DNA of 9,140 bases from Vitrella brassicaformis CCMP3155 (taxonomy: Eukaryota > Protista > Chromerida). Location of the stretch: assembly GCA_001179505.1 (NCBI GenBank), contig CDMY01000945.1:1-9140 (forward strand), read 5' to 3'. Below are positions 1 through 7,618 of the stretch, in pieces. The translations under genes and the position numbers were made by a program. The notes beneath the pieces are model-generated. The model was not told the origin of the DNA. It made no database searches and saw only the letters and a program-made list of their open reading frames with translations. Each line of letters begins with the position of its first letter. Positions within the stretch are counted from its first letter, which is position 1.

Positions 1-85
1 GCTCGGTGGCCAGACCGCCACACACAGAGAGACAGCATCATGTGGGTGTGCACTGTGTCTCCATGTGTGTGACCGCGTCATGCGG

Positions 86-848
86 GTCTGAACTCGCGTA
101 TCGGCATCTCAAACGAAGCGTCGGCCTGCACATTACGCACACACACATCGCACAAACATGCATGCCTCTCTCTGTGTGAGGCATACGTCAGGTTTGTGTT
201 GAGTGGCGGTTCTCTGCTCGAGGCGACGGCTGAGCTGCAGATCTTACCTCTCATCGTCTACAGCTGCAAAGTTTGTCCAAAAGGCATCGAAGGTCTGTGA
301 ATGGATGGATGGATGGCCTGGTGTGTGTGCCATGTCTGTGTCTGTCTGTCTGTGTGTGCGTGGTGGATTGGATGGTGCAGGGACGGTGTTTGCCATCCTG
401 ATGAGTGTGCGCAACGCCGGGGCCCTGCTCAGCAAAGCCACGTACAGACTGACAGACAGACAGACACGGGCCGATGTGATGGGCACACCCATTTCTCTCT
501 GTGTTTGCTCCACCACTCAATGTACTCATCTCTCTCTCAGGTCCGCATTTTTCACTTATGAGCTCGGAATCACAGCAACAGACTTCACCAGTGAGTAACC
601 GACCACACACCACACCCCACGCCCACACACCACACCCACAAGTATTATATGCATATATTTCTCCGTCTCTCTGTTTATGGGATGCGTCTCTCTCTATAGA
701 TCTGCCCTTTTACGTGTGCATCTGCTCTGTCTGCCTGCTCCTGCCCCTCCTGCTGCTCAACAACATCCCCGACGAGAAAGACATCCCCGAGGTCATCAGA
801 GAAGAAGAAAAGGCCCTGCTCGGCGAACCGTCTCGAGAGGCAGCATGA
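86..848 (+). CDS. 3' part of a BT1-family (folate/biopterin transporter, MFS) gene; exons ~86-119, 192-292, 381-441, 541-590, 700-848 (stop TGA 846-848)
   Basis: Manual splicing at GT..AG introns 120-191, 293-380, 442-540 and 591-699 keeps one frame: GLNSRIGISNEAFVLSGGSLLEATAELQILPLIVYSCKVCPKGIEGTVFAILMSVRNAGALLSKATSAFFTYELGITATDFTNLPFYVCICSVCLLLPLLLLNNIPDEKDIPEVIREEEKALLGEPSREAA*. The CPxGIEGTxFAxLMSxxNxG motif and LGITxTDFxNL...LLPL pattern match the C-terminal helices of BT1 transporters as I recall them. The 5' part lies outside the window, and the start of the first exon is approximate. Confidence 0.85.
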
Positions 849-973
849 ACCAAGGAACGAGTCAGTGAGAGCGTGAGGGAGGGGCACCAGCACCCACAAG
901 GACCGACAGAAACACACAAAAAAGGACAGCCCCCTCATCCACACAGACTGTGAGTGAAGCATGACAGTGATCA

Positions 974-1609
974 TCATGACTTGGTGAGAAAGTCCGTCTC
1001 AACGAAATGCCTGACGCACATCCACACGCACAAAGCCACCCATACACACCGCGACACAAGCATGTACGCGACACACTTAACTTACTGGAAGCACTGCAGC
1101 AGCAGCGTCTCGAAGTCACGTATCTCCGGGGCCAGCAGCTGGTACAGGAGGGGCGGCCGACGACGCATGATAGTGGGGCTGCTGTCGCCATCAACGAATG
1201 ACGTGTACCGGGGCCGCTTGCACGGCCCATCAACCTGATGACGTGACGCACCGGAGTGCATACCATACATCAGTGAGTGGCGTGTGTAGATATACGCGTC
1301 ATTCTGACCTGTCCTTCCTCCAGCTGAGTGTCGTCGCCAGCTGCGTCGCCGTCGAAGCTCTCACCTGCACGAATGCACGCAGGCAGCCAGGCAGACGCAT
1401 ACCAACACAGGCAGCTCTGTTTTGCTAATCGTGCTGACTCACCTCTGCCCCTCCCCCGCCCGATGCCTCCTCGGTCCCGCCCTCCACGGCCCCTCATGAG
1501 CCCACGGCCCCGTCCCCTGCCGCGGCCGCGCGCATCGGCTGCGCACCCGAAGGCAGGGTGCAGGTGCCGCTGCTGCTGCTCCAACATCGCTGTCCGACCG
1601 AACGCAGAC
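974..1609 (-). CDS. NUFIP1: 3' part of a NUFIP1/Rsa1-like gene (box C/D snoRNP assembly factor); exons 1609-1443, 1364-1309, 1234-1086, 1010-974
   Basis: GT..AG introns with consistent phases give ...SAFGRTAMLEQQQRHLHPAFGCAADARGRGRGRGRGLMRGRGGRDRGGIGRGRGRGESFDGDAAGDDTQLEEGQVDGPCKRPRYTSFVDGDSSPTIMRRRPPLLYQLLAPEIRDFETLLLQCFQHFVETDFLTKS*. The terminal LLxxLLAPEIRxxxxxLLQCxxxxVxxxF segment matches the NUFIP1/Rsa1 C-terminal motif, and the RG-rich tract fits an RNA-associated protein. The 5' boundary (GAG acceptor at 1610-1611) is uncertain, and I could not locate the N-terminal exons. Confidence 0.65.
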
Positions 1610-1853
1610 CTCACGGCATCGCACCAGCGCACCACAACACCCTCAGTCAGCACGAAGGCCGCCACTCAACACACACGAAAGAGATGGAGGGGCGGGAGAG
1701 GCTGGACGAGACGAAACAGATGCGTTCTGCCGCCTGCAGCCGCCCGCCGACTCGACTGGCGACACTGCTGGCTGGTGTCGGGCACACACGAATGTGTAGT
1801 GCGCGATACACGAAGCCGAAACGTCACCGGGACTACAAAACACGATGTAAACG

Positions 1854-1879
1854 GAAGAGCACTATCGAAGAGCACTATC
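1854..1879. repeat. Perfect 13-bp tandem duplication (GAAGAGCACTATC x2)
   Basis: 1854-1866 and 1867-1879 are identical. Confidence 0.9.
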
Positions 1880-1890
1880 ACACCACTAAA

Positions 1891-1921
1891 CGTGTGGCTG
1901 GGGATGGCACCCAGCCACACG
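1891..1921. repeat. Perfect 12-bp inverted repeat with a 7-nt loop (hairpin)
   Basis: CGTGTGGCTGGG (1891-1902), loop GATGGCA, CCCAGCCACACG (1910-1921). Confidence 0.85.
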
Positions 1922-2095
1922 CGCACCACACGTTCCAGTCATCAGTTTGCAAAGAGTCGTGCGCATCAAGGCGGCCCCCTGGGTGGTTTTGGGGGGTAAC
2001 GTGCGGACCTATGGTTGTGTGTGCATCATGACCGCGCTGCCGAGGGCTACACACACACAACAGATCAGCCCCAGACACCTCGACCGTGTCGAGAT

Positions 2096-2139
2096 TCGCG
2101 AACCCTGAACCCTATAAACCTCGCGAACCCTGAACCCTA
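2096..2139. repeat. Two copies of TCGCGAACCCTGAACCCTA; interstitial telomere-like heptamers (TT[T/C]AGGG-type on the - strand)
   Basis: Identical 19-mers at 2096-2114 and 2121-2139. Each holds AACCCTG AACCCTA, and a degenerate TAAACCT lies between them. The resemblance to the apicomplexan-type TT(T/C)AGGG telomere repeat is from prior knowledge. Confidence 0.7.
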
Positions 2140-2380
2140 GAGGCATGATGTTGATACCAGCATGACCGCGTCTCCGTCCTGAGCAACATGGGCGTCACAG
2201 ATTGTCCGTACGAGGTCAAGATCACGAGATCTGATCTCCCCAACAAGACATTAGGGCGGCCATTGCGCAGCAACCACGGCGAATGAGCTCTCGATGAGTC
2301 AGCCATTTTGACCGCCCTGACGCACTGACTCATTCATCTGCCCCTCTCGACCCCGCCCTCCCTCTCCCTCCCCCTGCAGC

Positions 2381-2597
2381 GACCCACCTGAGGTCTGCCA
2401 ATCACTTCCCCCTCTGCCGCACATCGACCGCCGGCGCCATCGCGTCCTCTCCCGCAGCGCCGCATACAAGACGTCCGGCTGGCTGACCACCCTCCCATCG
2501 ACAGACAACAACACTGGTCTTGATGCTGCGGAGTTTCGAGATGCCCTCAACATGCGATACGGCCGTCACCCCCCTGGCCTCGCTGCACGCTGCGAGC
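2381..2597 (+). mobile_element. Fragment of the post-RT C-terminal region of a CRE-like (restriction-like endonuclease) non-LTR retrotransposon, cut by the gap
   Basis: An open frame not fully shown in the ORF track reads DPPEVCQSLPPLPHIDRRRHRVLSRSAAYKTSGWLTTLPSTDNNTGLDAAEFRDALNMRYGRHPPGLAARCE(gap). SGWLTxLP...EFRDALxxRYG...C is the pattern I recall just before the CCHC zinc knuckle of CRE-type elements. No RT motifs are seen upstream. Confidence 0.65.
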
Positions 2598-2897
2598 NNN
2601 NNNNNNNNNNNNNNNNNNNNNNNNNNNNNNNNNNNNNNNNNNNNNNNNNNNNNNNNNNNNNNNNNNNNNNNNNNNNNNNNNNNNNNNNNNNNNNNNNNNN
2701 NNNNNNNNNNNNNNNNNNNNNNNNNNNNNNNNNNNNNNNNNNNNNNNNNNNNNNNNNNNNNNNNNNNNNNNNNNNNNNNNNNNNNNNNNNNNNNNNNNNN
2801 NNNNNNNNNNNNNNNNNNNNNNNNNNNNNNNNNNNNNNNNNNNNNNNNNNNNNNNNNNNNNNNNNNNNNNNNNNNNNNNNNNNNNNNNNNNNNNNNN
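2598..2897. other. Assembly gap (300 N)
   Basis: Run of N. ORFs that cross it are artefacts. Confidence 1.
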
Positions 2898-3191
2898 GCA
2901 CACTTTTCATTGTCAACTCTTCCCCCATCCCCTCACTCAGGTTGATTGTTGGTCGTTTTCTCGGCGAATTGCAGATGCCGCCGGCCTCTCTGTAGAGCAT
3001 GACTGAGGCCACCGAACGCACTATCATCTGAGGTACACACATGAGGGCACACAGGGCATCCACATCTATATATGTACAGCCAAATATGGATATGTATACA
3101 TACATACATACTGTGTTTGCTCTGTGCTGCTGTGTGGTGTGCTGCGGTGTGCAGGTGTGCAGGTGTGTGGTGTGTAGTTCTGTCGTGGTGG
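2898..3191 (+). repeat. Left inverted repeat (294 bp visible)
   Basis: Begins GCACACTTTTCATTGTCAAC and ends ...GTTCTGTCGTGGTGG. It differs from the right copy by 3 substitutions and an extra GTGTGCAG (8 bp) near 3155-3162. Confidence 0.95.
2941..3032 (+). other. Putative non-coding 5'-UTR exon inside the left repeat (mirror copy 9097-9006 on the - strand)
   Basis: A pyrimidine tract and CAG acceptor end at 2940. A GAG|GTACAC donor starts at 3033, followed by an intron-like CA/GT-rich stretch ending in GTGTGCAG (3154 or 3162). All three frames of the exon contain stops. The next long-ORF ATG is at 3253 (left) and 8852 (right). Confidence 0.55.
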
Positions 3192-3252
3192 CTCACGCGG
3201 TGGTGGCTGTTGCCATCGCTTCAGTTACTTTGTTGATCGTTCATCACTCGCT

Positions 3253-4554
3253 ATGGAGGCCCAGCAATACCTGCACCGCCCCAGAGCTGACGGCACGAGG
3301 GACGTGACGGTTCTGAAGAAGAATGGAGACATGGTGACAGTCAGCATCCCGCGAGCCCTGTCTGACGACATGAAGAAACAGCTGACGGGCCGAGCGGCTG
3401 ACTCCACACTGGACAACATGCTGCTGTCTGGGTGGGTTGGTATCCGGCGATATGGCCATGGGCTGGGAGATTGGCTGAAGCGGCATCGAGCCGTCTATCT
3501 GCGGTTTGTTCCCACCATGGACGAATCTGCCAGATCCACTCTTCCACGCAGCCTCTCAACTGATGAGCTCCAGCAGCTTGTCGACGAGGCCCACCGGTGT
3601 GTGCCTGACTTGGGTATCGATCCCGTCGCCAGCCACCCCTCCGCCCTGCGTCTTGATAGAGGAGTGATCGAGCATGAGGTCCTGATGGCACTGGAGAGCG
3701 ATGAGCCCTTCCCACTGCTGCGGTCGCTGGGGCTGGAGGACCTCCTCTTGTCCAACCACGCCCAGTACAGCTCGAAGATCCCAGCCATCCCACCAGCACC
3801 ATCGCGGCGCAGGAGACGTGACAGTGGTGACGACGATGACAGCCACCGCCCGTCGAGGAGACGTGCTTCTCGTCTGCCGGCCGTCGCCGCACACCCATCT
3901 CGCCAGCCCAAGAGAAAGGCGAGGTCTCCTGCCCTCGATCCAGCTTTCCCGCAGATTTCCAGTCCACTGAGGAAAGTGCCGTCTCCTGAGCGGGACAAGG
4001 GGAGGGACGTCGCTGCGGCTGCTGCTGCTGCCCGAGGCCGATCTCCGCCCCTATCGCCTCAGCCAATGGACGAAGATCCTCCCCCACCGGCAGCCGCTGC
4101 TGCTGCTGCTGCCTCTGTCGTCATGCCCAAGGCTGCCCCGGCCCGTCCGTCAGCCGCGGCGCCGGCTGCCAGACGCCTCCCTTCCCCTCCTCCCTGGGCT
4201 GTCCATCCGCAGCCGGCCGCATTGGCGTCTCCTCTGCGTCGATCGAACCCCCCACCACCAGCAGCTGCATCTCCGGAGAGGTCCCGTTTCTCGCGTCCGC
4301 TGCAATCTCCTGCCTCTCCCCCACCACCACCACCACCGCTGCTGTCTCCCCCACCATCACCACCGCCAGCAGCAGCAGCAGCAGCAGCCCGCCAGCCCCG
4401 GCCTGCCGGCCCTTCTGTGCACTCGGTCGACCTATTCTACGACTCTGACGAGGGCGAGGCGGAAGAGGACGAAAGCGACAGGGATGAAGAGTCACATGTT
4501 GGCGGAGATTATCCCGTGTGTGTTCGACCCTTCCGCCCAGCTGCCGTGGCTTGA
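3253..4554 (+). CDS. 433-aa ORF: a ~175-aa unrecognised N-terminal domain followed by Pro/Ala/Ser-rich and acidic low-complexity sequence; probably the N-terminal part of the transposase gene
   Basis: Long ORF starting 62 bp inside the left repeat boundary. It overlaps the transposase frame around 4430-4554. A 43-nt (4498-4540) or 25-nt (4516-4540) GT..AG intron would fuse the two frames. Confidence 0.6.
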   Translation: MEAQQYLHRPRADGTRDVTVLKKNGDMVTVSIPRALSDDMKKQLTGRAADSTLDNMLLSGWVGIRRYGHGLGDWLKRHRAVYLRFVPTMDESARSTLPRSLSTDELQQLVDEAHRCVPDLGIDPVASHPSALRLDRGVIEHEVLMALESDEPFPLLRSLGLEDLLLSNHAQYSSKIPAIPPAPSRRRRRDSGDDDDSHRPSRRRASRLPAVAAHPSRQPKRKARSPALDPAFPQISSPLRKVPSPERDKGRDVAAAAAAARGRSPPLSPQPMDEDPPPPAAAAAAAASVVMPKAAPARPSAAAPAARRLPSPPPWAVHPQPAALASPLRRSNPPPPAAASPERSRFSRPLQSPASPPPPPPPLLSPPPSPPPAAAAAAARQPRPAGPSVHSVDLFYDSDEGEAEEDESDRDEESHVGGDYPVCVRPFRPAAVA

Positions 4555-7187
4555 GAGGGACGGCGAGGGAGGCGGCGAGGGGGCTGCTGCCGCGCCCCCT
4601 GAGGGTGGATGGATGAGTGATCAGATATCCCTTGACAACTCAGTCGACGGGATCGTGTCTGCCCTGGTCGACTTCTTGTTCTGGATGCCGGCGGAGGGTT
4701 TCCAGGACTTTATGCGTCGACTGTGGACGGTGTATCAGGAGCGGCACGCCGGGCGGCTGGTGTCCACCTCGACACGGCTGAAGGCACTGGAGGCGGGCTT
4801 CAACAAGCTGGCCGTGCTTTACGCCGACCACACATGGCAGGTGCCATGGAGCGTCTGGAAGTCGGTGACTCTCGCGACCAAGAGCAGCCAGAAGAAGACA
4901 CAGGTCTTCCGCAACATCCTCACCGGCCGCTTCGATCATCAGCGAAGGCGGTGGTTTCGAGACTTCACGCGGCCCTCCATCGTGCCGAGCGAGAAGGTCG
5001 TGAGGGGGGAGATGGACAGCCTGTTGAAGATCGTGGTGAAGGATGAGCAGGCGGTCGGTGCTGCCGACATGGGCGACGATGAGGCTCACCGACAGCTCGG
5101 ACGTCTCCCTGACCCAAACACGCTGGAGTTCTATGTGCCGCCGAAGGAGAAGGGCAAGTCCTTCGGCAACACATGGGTCGATCCTGCCGACATGTTCTTC
5201 CGCTTGTTCACTGACCATCCAGCCATCCTTTCGGAGTGTCTCGGCATCACTCTGCCGAAGAGACCTCGCGGCAGCCGCGAGCCACCGACGATCGACTTGG
5301 ACGCGTGCTTCTCAGGCGACGGCAGCATCTTTGCGAGAAGCAGGCACAACGCACAGGTTTGCTCACTTTGTTTGTTGTTTCTGTGTGTTGTTTGTCTCTT
5401 CCACAGGCTGTGACACTCGCCATTCGCTTGCTGCCAAGTGAGGTCAGCCGTGAGAAGCCGGAGCCCCAGTTTTCCGCCAACTCGTTCGAGGCGGTCTTTC
5501 CCTGTCTGCTGGTTTACGGCAGCGAGAAGTGGGAGTCTCTGCTGCCCTACAAGGCGCGGCTCAACAGTGCACTCAGGAGGATGAAGGAGGGAGTGGAGCT
5601 GACCATCAACGGGCGCACCTATCGTCTCAGATTTCATTTCTGCGCAACGTCTGACCAGGTAAGACAGTCACCCATTCCACTCACTGTGAGTCACTGTGTA
5701 CGTGTGTCTGTGTGCTGTGTGTAGTGTGTGCAGAAGTTTCACTCGATCCAGATGGGCCACGTCGGGCCGTCTGGCAACTTCGGTTGCCAGTTTTGCTTCA
5801 CTCACAAGGACCACTACAACAGTGAGCTGCTCGCCCTCCATTACCTCGGCTCTCCCATCGACCCAATCGCGGCCGTCGCACGCCCTCCCACCCGCACAGT
5901 CGCGGCAATGAAGCAACGGGCCGCCATCAGCGAGTCCAACAACGGTTGCTGGTTTTGTTTTCATGTCTGGACTCTCAGAGTGGTTGGACGAGCGGGGGAT
6001 CCAAGTGCGATTTCTACCTGTCATCTGCAAGACGCACCCACGTCAGACACACCACAAAAAGGAAGCCGCACGCACCCGTCATTTCTCATTCTCGGTCTGC
6101 GTGATTGATGCAGCGGCCACCGTCAACCCAGCTGGAGCAACGGCCAACCCTCGGGCTGACCTGCTCGAGTTCGTGGATGATGATCTCTTCGACGAGATGG
6201 ACCCGGCCGCCATGGCACGCGAGGCGGCCGAGAACAAGGCCATTCTGGGCGAGACGACCCTGGTGCTGGAGCTTTTGAACGGGCGCCTGCATGCCCGCGA
6301 CATCAAGAGGTGGGTGGACGACATGGTGTCGTTCATGGAGCTCTTCGAGCAGTTGGACGAGTCGAGGACCAGCAGCTTCCATGTGCTTCTCGAGAGCTAC
6401 GCTTGGGTGTGGCCCTTCCTTCTGCGGTCTTGCAAGTCGACGGAGAAGCAGCAGGCGCTGTTCCGGACGGCTATCTGGCAGATCAGGATGGCAGCTGTCG
6501 AGAGGTGAGGCGTCAGCAGCTCCATTCAATCAACCCATGTATGTGTGCTGCTTGTGTGTTTGTCAGCCTCGGTTGGGGCGACATCTTTAGCCAGCCGTCC
6601 TTCCACCTCCTCATGTGCCACTCCTTGTATGGTGCCGTCATCACAGCCGCAAGCCCATCGGTGTGTCGAGCAACATGAACGCCCATGAGTCCATGAACCA
6701 CCAGCTGCACGAGATATTCGAGCGACAGACGATGAAGGGCGGCGGAACAAGTGACAAGACCACCCTTCCCGTCGCCGCCATCTCTCAGTCCGCCTCTCGT
6801 CTGCTGCTCGCCTCCAAGGGGCGAATCGAGCAGTGGGTGTTTTGCAACGCGGCCAGCAAGAAGAGCACAAGGATGCTGCCCCAAGACGAGTACGACAAGC
6901 CGCTCCCGCGCCTCAGGAGGTTCGTCATCGAGAGGCGGAGCCGCAACCCACAAGGCGTGCATCAGGGCGGCATGACGGAGCCCACTGCTGAGTGGTGGGC
7001 CGAGCGGCTCGACACCGCCCGACAGTTGTATGAGAGGGGTGACTTTTCTCGGTCGCGCCAGGAACTCGAGCAACGGGCAGCAGACCAGGCCGCTGCCAAG
7101 GCCAAGGCCAAGGCAATGGCTAAGATCAAGACCAAGGCCAAGGCAAAGGCTAAGGTCAAGGGCGCCAAGGGTGCCACGGATCGATGA
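4484..7187 (+). CDS. RAG1/Transib-type DDE transposase core; exons ~4484/4541-5356, 5407-5658, 5734-6004, 6114-6504, 6567-7187, with a probable 1-bp frameshift at ~6622-6646
   Basis: Introns 5357-5406, 5659-5733, 6005-6113 and 6505-6566 are GT..AG and phase-consistent. Motifs: FSGDG (D 5318-5320); ATSD|QKFHSIQMGHVGPSGNFGCQFC (D 5653-5655; K+2, G+9, C+19, C+22, the same offsets as RAG1 [23 protein letters not shown]); FHLLMCH (HxxxxH, 6604-6621); KPIGVSSNMNAHESMNH (E 6687-6689; compare Transib PIGxLSEEAQEARNK). In this model D-D is 95 aa and D-E about 263 aa. The C-terminus is an Ala-Lys repeat. Confidence 0.8.
7095..7169 (+). repeat. GCCAAG-type coding repeat giving the basic tail AKAKAKAMAKIKTKAKAKAKVKGAK
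   Basis: Hexamer periodicity is visible in the DNA and in the translation of ORF 6615-7187. Confidence 0.85.
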
Positions 7188-7231
7188 GTGAGGAGTTCGA
7201 CAGGCCTTGTTTGAGTGTCATGTGTGTTGGC

Positions 7232-7549
7232 GAGTGAGTGAGTGAGTCAGTGGCTGATTGAGCCGTTGAGCGAATGAATTGACTCACACCCATTGTGATT
7301 GACCTTGTGCACATGTCTGTACAGCGATGGATGCAATCAACACGTCATGCAATCAACACGTCATGAAATCAACGCGTCCCACCCACCTACCATCAATCAT
7401 CCACATCTAGTGATAGACAGGCCATCTGAGTGTAATTTGTGTTTGTGATTGAGTGAGTGACCGAGTGAGTGGCTAATTGATCCGTTGAGCGGATGGATTG
7501 ACTCACACACATATCTGTACAGCGTCATGAATCCACACGTCATGAAATC
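7232..7549. repeat. Diverged direct duplication and 16-bp tandem repeat in the spacer between the two convergent genes
   Basis: 7249-7289 and 7468-7508 match at 37 of 41 positions, with further shared TCTGTACAGCG and CACGTCATGAAATC blocks. ATGCAATCAACACGTC occurs three times at 7331-7378 (third copy degenerate). Confidence 0.8.
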
Positions 7550-7618
7550 CATGCATGGATGGACACGTACGGACGTCCAATCAGTCGCCACCCATCCGCC
7601 CACCCACCCAACCAGGCC

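Noticed and set aside
1891-1935. Helitron 3' end (hairpin plus CTRR)
   Set aside because: No CTRR motif at the expected distance on either strand.
2898-2910. GCACAC at the repeat ends as an RSS/Transib CAC heptamer terminus
   Set aside because: It does not match CACAGTG or CACAATG beyond CACA. It abuts a gap and the window end, and an intron-like tract suggests the repeat continues outward. No target-site duplication is visible.
2520-3105. ORFs spanning the N run
   Set aside because: They are artefacts of translating N.
3341-5218. Long minus-strand ORFs (3341-4087, 3495-3998, 4640-5218 and similar)
   Set aside because: They are antisense shadows of GC-rich coding sequence, with no motifs or splice support.
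5945-5978. 34-nt intron plus a 72-nt intron (6042-6113) as an alternative splice model
   Set aside because: A single 109-nt intron (6005-6113) explains the frame change more simply and keeps a CFHVWTLRV segment resembling the conserved His motif of this family.
7331-7378. CRISPR-like array
   Set aside because: The 16-bp units are directly adjacent with no spacers, in a eukaryotic context.
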